Notes under the pieces: model-generated | The model's database searches: none | What the model was told of the DNA's origin: nothing | What the model saw: the letters and a program-made list of their open reading frames with translations, nothing else | Shown: positions 12,801 through 24,500 of the stretch, one piece after another | Numbering within the stretch: the stretch's first letter is position 1 | How the letters are laid out: every line of letters begins with the position of its first letter | Made by a program: the position numbers and the translations under genes | Assembly: GCA_964057225.1 (NCBI GenBank) | Contig: OZ059898.1 | Location: 12,462,001-12,526,000 of the forward strand | Source: Auanema rhodensis | Lineage: Eukaryota; Animalia; Nematoda | Direction of reading: 5' to 3' | DNA length: 64,000 nt

Positions 12801-14957
12801 GAATAGTAATTTCTTTGTGATGTTATAACATTGTTGAATTCGATATTTTATTGAATAAACTTGTTTCTGTTATTCTTTTTCCTATTAATACAATAGAATA
12901 TTTAGATGAAGGTCTAAAATTACTTGATGTTGTTACTGTAATTTAAAAATAAAAAAATAAATATTAAAGAATTTATTTATTTTTTATTTGTATTATGTAT
13001 AAAAATAAATTATTGTATCAGAAGACATATATGTATGTATTACTATAAATGTTTAGAATAACTGAAAAACAACAAAAAGAAAACAAAAAATAGAAAAACT
13101 GATCATGGCAAAATGTTATTTTGAAAATTTAAATGAAGAAATAATAAAAAAAAGATTTGAAGCATAACACTTGATCATCATATCAACTGATAAGAAGATC
13201 TGTTAGTTTTGCTTGGCAATATGCCAAATTAAAGCTTTAGATCAGAAGGTAACCCATTTACAAATAAAGGAAAATGTCGGCAATAGACAGAAATTAAATG
13301 TTTTTTTGGTTTTTTTTATTATTTTGTTTTGAAAAGAAAGAAGAAGATTATTCATCACGAGCGGTCGGACATGGTGTATTCAATTCTCTATGATCTGAAA
13401 ACAAAAAAAATGTTACAATTATCATTTTGATTTAGTTTTAACTATAATTATATAATTAATTACATGCTTATAAATATAAAAATTAGGTTTATACATGCAT
13501 TTAGATGAGCAATACATGTTATTTTGAGCTTTAGCTAGGGTTTTAAAGAAATATTAGCAACACGGATTTCAGGCTTATTAACGCTGCATTGAGCTGGTTT
13601 TAGGAACACATATCGAATCACGTTGATAGTGATTCGATGGACACGAACATATACTATTCTGACAGATAGAGGGAGATTGACATTTTACTGTCACAGAATC
13701 ACACCAAGACCCTGTTGGAACTGAAAGCTGTAATATAAGTTCCGTAAGAGCATTAGGTTGTACCTTCGTTATTAGTATATACGCATATACCATTCTCAAT
13801 CTCTGTCATAGTAAAGGGACATTCGCATGTTCCAGATGACGAGCATACTCGCGGAGAATCGCAATCCCGATAGGTTGAGCAGGACTTCTTTGCTGAAACC
13901 AACATGTTCAGTTTATTACAAAATATTTTATGATGTTTGTTTACCGTTTGAACGAAGAATACATTGACCATTCACAGCTTCATAAGCTTTATCACATCGA
14001 CATCTATAGTCAATGCAAGTTGAATGAAGTAAGGATGAGCAATCTGTTTGAAGGCTACAAGGTTGTCCAAGAACTGAAAATGAAGATGATGATCATACTG
14101 TAGATATCATAAAGCTTTGACCGGATACAACCGCTTACACGTCTTTTCAAACTTCGAATAAAAATGATTTTCATTGTATCCTACGTGGAAAATCTAGCCA
14201 CTTTGCATATTTTTTCGAAATATTGTCAACCATCTGAATCCTGAATCATTAAAATTCTCAGAAATTATTAAAAGAAACAAAAACTATTTACCAACGAAAT
14301 CTATGTTGTGAAGGTTGTGTATGAAGAAGCGCATTAACTATATTTGAAGTAGTATGCTGGTTAATCGCCTACTATTGGCCAATTAAAAATCCACCAATAG
14401 CAGCCTGCATACTACAGTAATACCATAATTGATAATTTATTAACAGAGAGCTAAGTTATATGTTTTTCTAGAACTTTTTTTTTCTAAAAATAACATAATA
14501 ATATAATAATATAATTAACTTAATATATTCATTTCAGTTTTAAAAATAATTTGAAATTACTAAGGATCACAGCTTAAACTACATACAAGGTGAGAACTAT
14601 CTAATATGAATCACTCATACGTTGTTTGTAAAAGATCTTACACAAGAGATAACATTTCAAGGAAAGTGCTCATATTACCATATTAGAATGTATATCAACA
14701 TCGGAACAACTTCTGAAATGCCTATATAAGCTTATTATCAGTTGAATTATTGTTTCTGATCTTCTTCTTAAGTTTTAGTTACACTTTTGGTGTTAACACT
14801 GACAGTACCACTACGTTTGTCACTTCTATATTTTTAAAATAAATTTAATTTTACATATGTATATAAGTAGTTGATTTTGATCATTTTTCTTTTTACTTTT
14901 CTTTAATACTTGAAAGAATACTTTTTAAGAAAATATTAATTTCAGACGTAAAATATC

Positions 14958-15399
14958 ATGAGCGAAGAAAATAATTCTGTTGAACGTATTACCACTCGAA
15001 TGAGTGAAATGAAGGTGCAAAATGAGAAAAAAGTTTGTTTTTTAATGAAATTTCAATAAGTTTTTACCTTTAATTATTAAAATTTTATAGACGGTTGTGC
15101 CAGCAGTTTTGAAAGCTTTTGTTGAGAAGTATACATGTAAACTAAACTGTAAGGGACACCGCCTGAGTCATTATATAAAAGAAGCTCATGTCGAAGAATA
15201 CATGAAACCTAGAAAGAGTGATGACATGATGTTGTGTGCAAAAACTCATCTTTTTAAACGTTTGACGGAAATTTTCGAAGAAGAATTGGAGAAATATTTA
15301 GAAAAACATGGAGATGAAATTGAAAAACCAAAGGGTTCATATGTTAAGCTAGTAATGATTGACGACCTGACTGAGAACGCAAGTTCCTCTTCCAAATAA
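14958..15399 (+). CDS. 127-aa orphan protein, array copy 5
   Basis: Same two-exon structure; intact frame. Confidence 0.75.
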
Positions 15400-17556
15400 G
15401 AATAGTAATTTCTTTGTGATGTTATAACATTGTTGAATTCGATATTTTATTGAATAAACTTGTTTCTGTTATTCTTTTTCCTATTAATACAATAGAATAT
15501 TTAGATGAAGGTCTAAAATTACTTGATGTTGTTACTGTAATTTAAAAATAAAAAAATAAATATTAAAGAATTTATTTATTTTTTATTTGTATTATGTATA
15601 AAAATAAATTATTGTATCAGAAGACATATATGTATGTATTACTATAAATGTTTAGAATAACTGAAAAACAACAAAAAGAAAACAAAAAATAGAAAAACTG
15701 ATCATGGCAAAATGTTATTTTGAAAATTTAAATGAAGAAATAATAAAAAAAAGATTTGAAGCATAACACTTGATCATCATATCAACTGATAAGAAGATCT
15801 GTTAGTTTTGCTTGGCAATATGCCAAATTAAAGCTTTAGATCAGAAGGTAACCCATTTACAAATAAAGGAAAATGTCGGCAATAGACAGAAATTAAATGT
15901 TTTTTTGGTTTTTTTTATTATTTTGTTTTGAAAAGAAAGAAGAAGATTATTCATCACGAGCGGTCGGACATGGTGTATTCAATTCTCTATGATCTGAAAA
16001 CAAAAAAAATGTTACAATTATCATTTTGATTTAGTTTTAACTATAATTATATAATTAATTACATGCTTATAAATATAAAAATTAGGTTTATACATGCATT
16101 TAGATGAGCAATACATGTTATTTTGAGCTTTAGCTAGGGTTTTAAAGAAATATTAGCAACACGGATTTCAGGCTTATTAACGCTGCATTGAGCTGGTTTT
16201 AGGAACACATATCGAATCACGTTGATAGTGATTCGATGGACACGAACATATACTATTCTGACAGATAGAGGGAGATTGACATTTTACTGTCACAGAATCA
16301 CACCAAGACCCTGTTGGAACTGAAAGCTGTAATATAAGTTCCGTAAGAGCATTAGGTTGTACCTTCGTTATTAGTATATACGCATATACCATTCTCAATC
16401 TCTGTCATAGTAAAGGGACATTCGCATGTTCCAGATGACGAGCATACTCGCGGAGAATCGCAATCCCGATAGGTTGAGCAGGACTTCTTTGCTGAAACCA
16501 ACATGTTCAGTTTATTACAAAATATTTTATGATGTTTGTTTACCGTTTGAACGAAGAATACATTGACCATTCACAGCTTCATAAGCTTTATCACATCGAC
16601 ATCTATAGTCAATGCAAGTTGAATGAAGTAAGGATGAGCAATCTGTTTGAAGGCTACAAGGTTGTCCAAGAACTGAAAATGAAGATGATGATCATACTGT
16701 AGATATCATAAAGCTTTGACCGGATACAACCGCTTACACGTCTTTTCAAACTTCGAATAAAAATGATTTTCATTGTATCCTACGTGGAAAATCTAGCCAC
16801 TTTGCATATTTTTTCGAAATATTGTCAACCATCTGAATCCTGAATCATTAAAATTCTCAGAAATTATTAAAAGAAACAAAAACTATTTACCAACGAAATC
16901 TATGTTGTGAAGGTTGTGTATGAAGAAGCGCATTAACTATATTTGAAGTAGTATGCTGGTTAATCGCCTACTATTGGCCAATTAAAAATCCACCAATAGC
17001 AGCCTGCATACTACAGTAATACCATAATTGATAATTTATTAACAGAGAGCTAAGTTATATGTTTTTCTAGAACTTTTTTTTTCTAAAAATAACATAATAA
17101 TATAATAATATAATTAACTTAATATATTCATTTCAGTTTTAAAAATAATTTGAAATTACTAAGGATCACAGCTTAAACTACATACAAGGTGAGAACTATC
17201 TAATATGAATCACTCATACGTTGTTTGTAAAAGATCTTACACAAGAGATAACATTTCAAGGAAAGTGCTCATATTACCATATTAGAATGTATATCAACAT
17301 CGGAACAACTTCTGAAATGCCTATATAAGCTTATTATCAGTTGAATTATTGTTTCTGATCTTCTTCTTAAGTTTTAGTTACACTTTTGGTGTTAACACTG
17401 ACAGTACCACTACGTTTGTCACTTCTATATTTTTAAAATAAATTTAATTTTACATATGTATATAAGTAGTTGATTTTGATCATTTTTCTTTTTACTTTTC
17501 TTTAATACTTGAAAGAATACTTTTTAAGAAAATATTAATTTCAGACGTAAAATATC

Positions 17557-17998
17557 ATGAGCGAAGAAAATAATTCTGTTGAACGTATTACCACTCGAAT
17601 GAGTGAAATGAAGGTGCAAAATGAGAAAAAAGTTTGTTTTTTAATGAAATTTCAATAAGTTTTTACCTTTAATTATTAAAATTTTATAGACGGTTGTGCC
17701 AGCAGTTTTGAAAGCTTTTGTTGAGAAGTATACATGTAAACTAAACTGTAAGGGACACCGCCTGAGTCATTATATAAAAGAAGCTCATGTCGAAGAATAC
17801 ATGAAACCTAGAAAGAGTGATGACATGATGTTGTGTGCAAAAACTCATCTTTTTAAACGTTTGACGGAAATTTTCGAAGAAGAATTGGAGAAATATTTAG
17901 AAAAACATGGAGATGAAATTGAAAAACCAAAGGGTTCATATGTTAAGCTAGTAATGATTGACGACCTGACTGAGAACGCAAGTTCCTCTTCCAAATAA
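17557..17998 (+). CDS. 127-aa orphan protein, array copy 6
   Basis: Same two-exon structure; intact frame. Confidence 0.75.
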
Positions 17999-18545
17999 GA
18001 ATAGTAATTTCTTTGTGATGTTATAACATTGTTGAATTCGATATTTTATTGAATAAACTTGTTTCTGTTATTCTTTTTCCTATTAATACAATAGAATATT
18101 TAGATGAAGGTCTAAAATTACTTGATGTTGTTACTGTAATTTAAAAATAAAAAAATAAATATTAAAGAATTTATTTATTTTTTATTTGTATTATGTATAA
18201 AAATAAATTATTGTATCAGAAGACATATATGTATGTATTACTATAAATGTTTAGAATAACTGAAAAACAACAAAAAGAAAACAAAAAATAGAAAAACTGA
18301 TCATGGCAAAATGTTATTTTGAAAATTTAAATGAAGAAATAATAAAAAAAAGATTTGAAGCATAACACTTGATCATCATATCAACTGATAAGAAGATCTG
18401 TTAGTTTTGCTTGGCAATATGCCAAATTAAAGCTTTAGATCAGAAGGTAACCCATTTACAAATAAAGGAAAATGTCGGCAATAGACAGAAATTAAATGTT
18501 TTTTTGGTTTTTTTTATTATTTTGTTTTGAAAAGAAAGAAGAAGA

Positions 18546-21500
18546 TTATTCATCACGAGCGGTCGGACATGGTGTATTCAATTCTCTATGATCTGAAAAC
18601 AAAAAAAATGTTACAATTATCATTTTGATTTAGTTTTAACTATAATTATATAATTAATTACATGCTTATAAATATAAAAATTAGGTTTATACATGCATTT
18701 AGATGAGCAATACATGTTATTTTGAGCTTTAGCTAGGGTTTTAAAGAAATATTAGCAACACGGATTTCAGGCTTATTAACGCTGCATTGAGCTGGTTTTA
18801 GGAACACATATCGAATCACGTTGATAGTGATTCGATGGACACGAACATATACTATTCTGACAGATAGAGGGAGATTGACATTTTACTGTCACAGAATCAC
18901 ACCAAGACCCTGTTGGAACTGAAAGCTGTAATATAAGTTCCGTAAGAGCATTAGGTTGTACCTTCGTTATTAGTATATACGCATATACCATTCTCAATCT
19001 CTGTCATAGTAAAGGGACATTCGCATGTTCCAGATGACGAGCATACTCGCGGAGAATCGCAATCCCGATAGGTTGAGCAGGACTTCTTTGCTGAAACCAA
19101 CATGTTCAGTTTATTACAAAATATTTTATGATGTTTGTTTACCGTTTGAACGAAGAATACATTGACCATTCACAGCTTCATAAGCTTTATCACATCGACA
19201 TCTATAGTCAATGCAAGTTGAATGAAGTAAGGATGAGCAATCTGTTTGAAGGCTACAAGGTTGTCCAAGAACTGAAAATGAAGATGATGATCATACTGTA
19301 GATTTTCAAAATAATTTGTACTCACCTTCCGTGAATGATGTTGAAGTCGTCTTATTTGATGGTTGATCATTCACACATCGAGAATTACCCTTGTTTGATG
19401 TACTTATTGGACATAAACAGTTTCCATCATTACACCATGATCCTCCTTCACATGGACTAGATCCAATGATACAAGGTGACCCAGGGAAAGCTGAATGAAG
19501 AAAGTTTTTTAAAATTCACCAGACTATTTCTATTCATACCCGATTTTGTATCTGAAGAAGTTTCTGGAACACATTGACCATTTGAGTTTGTGGTATGACC
19601 AGGTAAGCAGACACAGTATTCTCTGACACAATGTGAGCCAGTTTGACATGAAGATGAGCCAGAACACGGTGATCCAGGATATGTCTGAAATAGAACATCA
19701 TCAAGCTTTAAATAAAAGAAAATAACTTACAACTTGGCTAGTTCTTCTTCGAGTACATTTCTTATCGGTAATGATTTCATCATTCATACATGAACAGACT
19801 TTTGCTGTACAGAAGGAATTTCCAATACAATCTGAATCAGCTGAACACTGTTCTCCGGGATATGATCGTTGTCTTTGAGGCATGTTGATCAACATACATG
19901 ATGTGCGATCAAAACTAAAAATATGAAAATAAGAATATTGCTTAACCATAAAATAAACTTTGGTGTGTATCCATCATCACAAGTGCATGTTCCAACAATA
20001 CATGATGATCCTCCTGTACATAAGATGCTTATATCACATCTATCACCAGGACGAGCAGTTCGATAGCTTGAGCTAGTGATAGGAAAACCAGTCTATATAG
20101 AATCTTTTCATTAACTCTCTTATCAAACTATAGTCATACCGTCATTGGCTCAATAGCCAAAGGAATGCAGCTACCAGAAAACTCATAGGTTCCAACTGGG
20201 CATGTACAATAGCCGTTAACACATTGAGATCCGGATCCACATCTTTGAAGACAAGGTGAATATTCACATCGAACATCACAAGGTGCTCCAGGACGTACTA
20301 TAACGAAGAACAATAAGTTCGTGCGGGATTCAGATTTACAAACATTCAAATGGATATGGAGAAGGAGTTGTTGTTGGATTGGGTACGAAAGAAAAAACAA
20401 AGTTAGGAGAACACAATCCATTTGATGGATAATATCCATAGGAACATCTGCATAAGCCTTCGGAACATGATGATCCACCTTAAAAATTGAAACCAATATT
20501 GCTATTTATAATAATAAGTTTATAATATAATTTAACAAGTAATTTTTAAATAAAAAAAAATAAAAAAAACATACCTTTACAGATAACTCCCGGAGATGCA
20601 CAGGTTTGTCCAGGTAAAGCATCCCTCACATATTGAACACATCGCTGTTGATACACAACCATATTTGAAGGACAAACGCATTGTTGATTCACACATAAAG
20701 CACCATTTGTACATAATATAGATCCTGCTCTGTAATCACATGGCTGACCAGGTAATCCACCTTCTGAAAATATTTTTATTTGTATTTTCGGCACTCATTG
20801 TCATCAGAAAGTCATACGTGGTGTTGGTTCAAAGTTTGGATAACATTGATTTCCATTGGGTGTATATCCGGGATTACATACACAAGTTCCTTGCTGACAG
20901 AATGAGTTTGGAGAACATTGGTTTGGACAAGAACTTGGTAATGAGCACTGACCATTGATAAGGCTATATCCCTAAATTTAGTATAACTATAGATATATAT
21001 ATATATATAATTAATAACTTACGGGATTGCAATAACATCGATTATTGTAGCAATATGAGTTTATTGGACAACGAGGTGAGCATATAGGAGCGACGGTAGT
21101 TGTAAGAATTGATATCTCAGCACATTGACCATTAATTGATGTCTAAATGTCGAAAAATTCAATTTTTAACATGTTTTTCAAGGTTTGTTACCTGTCTTTC
21201 TGGACAACGACATATACCATCTGTGCAAAGTGAATTTCCTGTGCATACGGTTAAGCCAACTTCACACATTTGACCAGGATCAGCTTGAGAATCAACTGAT
21301 ACACAAATATCATTTCTGATAGAATATACAAAATATAATATTTTTCAACTGAACAACGAAAATACCTGATCTTTTCTCCACCGGGACAAACACAGAAGCC
21401 ATTTGCACATATAGAATTTCCTGTACAAATTATTTGACCATCAACGCATGGACCCCCAGGAGATGCTAGAATATGATGATTATCTGTTGTCTTTGTGGGC

Positions 21501-24500
21501 TTATTTACCATAATTCACTGATCCTGAACCGGATGGTAAACAGAATCCACCGATGCTTTCTGTTCCTGCAGGGCAGGTACATACATTTCGAACGCAAAAT
21601 GATCCTCCAGTACAAATATTTGGATTTGTAGCACAGCTAACACCAGGAGATTCTAAAATAATTCAGATCTCAATTGAAATATTCTGATCAAAATCTTACT
21701 TGCAACATTTCCTGATCCTGCTGAAACACAGTTGCCTTCAATGGCAATGAATCCTTTGGGACATGTGCAAATTCCTCCGATACATATGGAGCCATGGCTA
21801 CATCGTTCACCACGGCTACAACTTTCAAGAGCTTTAGCTTAAAAAACAAACAAACAGATGTGATCAAAAAATCAAAAAATTATACCAAGTACTGGGCTGC
21901 AGATATTCAAAACTGTGTTATAACCTGATGGACATTCACAGCGGAAATTGACACAAGATGCACCACCATCGCAGAAAACTCCAGACTGACATTGGTCTCC
22001 GGGAGTAACAATTCGTGCAGAAACTGAAAAGGAGTTATTAAAGATATACTGTCGTTTGAACATTTATACTTGTGGATTTGTCTAAGCAAGTACTAGCAGC
22101 TTGAACCATTTCAGCAGGGCATTTGCAGATTCCAGAAGTGCAAACACCTCCATGTCCACAGCTCGATACAGATGAGCAACGATCACCAAGAGGAAGTCGA
22201 GTGGAAACAGTCTGTTTCATTACATATTCAGCCGAAAATTAGAAAAACATATAAAAGGCAATCAAAACTTCAAAACTTACTTCGAGCATTTTGTTTTTGA
22301 ATGCGACATCTTCTGTTTTACGAATAGGATCAATGGCAATTCGTCTTTTGACTGGATATTAGCAAAAACATGCATATTAGTTTATTAGTATTATAGGAAA
22401 ATGTTATAAGCTATAGGAATTAAGCATGCGATTTTAAGATTTAATAGAAAAATTTCTTCTAAATTAGTAAAAAGTACCTCTCATACGTGAAACACATTTA
22501 TTTCCTCTAATGCTAAAGTTTTCAGCACATTCACAGATTCCATTTCTGCATTCACTACCACCACGACATCTCTCTCCTTCCAAGCATGACATACCAGGAT
22601 CAACTGAATCAAATTTCAAGACTTGATTGACATTTTGGCATAGTTACCGTAAGTAAATGGAATACAGAAACCAAAGCGACTAAGAGCTAAGCCAGCTTGG
22701 CAACGACATACTCCACTAACGCATTCAGCTCCAGATGGACATTGATTAGAGGCAATACATGTACGAGCTGCAAATATTGGTTGAACCTAATTCTTATACT
22801 ATATATTAATTTTAAGATAAAATTAGAAGCTATATATAGGTTAAAAAATGAGTTGTACCATCAATGGGACTTAGACACTTTTCTCCATGAAGCTCTAAGC
22901 CTTCCGGACATTGACAAACATCTTGAACGCAAACAGAACAGTTTGAACAGAAAGTTACATGATCACATGAATGACCAGGTTTAGCAACTGAAGTAAAACA
23001 AAAAATAAACAAAAATAAACATGCAAACATAAACAATTGAAAAACAAACTAAGGTCAAACATAAAACACACTTTTGAACCAGAATGATGGACGGGCAGTT
23101 GATTCAATTGAAGGAGCTGGTATTGGCATGAATGGATCAATTACATATGGTAAAGGTGGTACTGTAGGCCGAATGATGGATAGTGTTGATATGTATTCGA
23201 AGGTAGTTGTAGTTGATGGTACTGTAGATGTTGTAGGTAATGGAGTAGTTGATGTTGTCGTAGTAGTTGTTGTAGTTGTAGGTTTTGGTGTAGTAGTAGT
23301 AGTAGTTGTTGTTGTTGTGCTTGTAGTAGTTGGTACAGTAGTTGATACTGGAGCTGTAGTCGTTTTCAAGCTTTGAAATCTATTTCGAACTAGCTGTGTT
23401 GTTGGCTTGGAGAAGGATTCTCGTTCAATTATATTACGAACTGTAATAGATAAGACTGAGTTATAATATAGAATAGACAGACAATAAACATACTTTCTTG
23501 AAGAGTTCTACATTCTCCACGGAAAAGTGTATAATCATCGACGCAGATACAGATTCCAGCTTGACATTGACTATGACCACCACATGTTTCTCCCAAAGCG
23601 CAGCTTGACGATGGAGGTACTGAAAATAGTTTATTCTATAAGTCATTTTGATTTCTACATGAACATACCAACTACATGAGTTTTTCTGCGAATACACATG
23701 TGATTGACCAAAAGGAAAGCTGGGGGGCATCTACACAGCCCACCAATACAGACAGATCCAACAATACATTCGCGATGACGATCACATGCTTCTCCTGGCA
23801 ATACATAACGTTGCACCAAATCTTCAGGGTTAGGCTTCAACAATTCGATAGTTGATTCGGTAGTTGTTGTTGTTATTGGTGCTTCTGTAGTTGTGGTGCT
23901 CGTAGTAGTGCTACTGGCGGTAACAGGAGCAGCACGGACTGTTTGTTTCATTGTCGTCGAAGGTGTTGGCATAGTTGTGGTGGTTGGGGATGGAGACGCC
24001 TTCAACATCTTAGCACTCAACGGCTCAATTCGGCGAATACACTGAGTAGAGCCGAAAACTCTAAAGCCAGGTTGACAGCCACACATAAGATTTGGAAGAC
24101 AGTATGAGTTAAGAACAGCGCACTGATTATCATTAACACATGGCTCTTTGAGTAAGCCCACTAAAAGCAAATACAAACAGAACTTAAATAACATAGAAGT
24201 TGCCATGCAAACTTAAAAACAAACTTAAAACATACATCGTTTACGTGTACCAAGTGCTTGTGTCACAGATACACATCTTCCATTCTTCATAATCATACCT
24301 AGTGTACAAACACATGCTCCATTTGAACATATAGCTAGACGGCCACAGTCACTATTCTGAGTGCATCTGATTTCACTGCCTAACAGTGCACGTGGTTGTG
24401 GATGTGGAGTTGTCTGTTTGATTGATGACGTTGTAGTATAAGGCATTGGAGCATGTGGACGACGAGGATTTACAGGAACTGAATCAAACACAAAACACTT

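Larger units (their letters stand above)
5551..16672 (-). pseudogene. Five promoterless duplicates of the last four exons (three Cys-rich modules plus terminal exon) of the EB gene
   Basis: Copies at 5551-6276, 8150-8875, 10749-11474, 13348-14073 and 15947-16672 match 18546-19271. Each keeps its TTTTCAG acceptor but has no upstream exons. Confidence 0.8.
3632..19303. repeat. Tandem array of six near-identical 2599-bp units plus a terminal 75-bp repeat
   Basis: Unit starts (AAGGATGAGCAATC) at 3632, 6234, 8833, 11432, 14031, 16630 and 19229. ORFs recur with a 2599-bp period. Identity ends at 19303 inside a 54-nt intron of the EB gene. Confidence 0.98.

Noticed and set aside
3632-19303. Array as Helitron, LTR or DNA-transposon tandem
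   Set aside because: No Rep/helicase, transposase or RT coding, no TIRs and no hairpin-CTRR end seen; about half the unit is host gene sequence.
23074-23376. Plus-strand Val-rich 100-aa ORF
   Set aside because: Antisense shadow of the Thr-rich EB exon.
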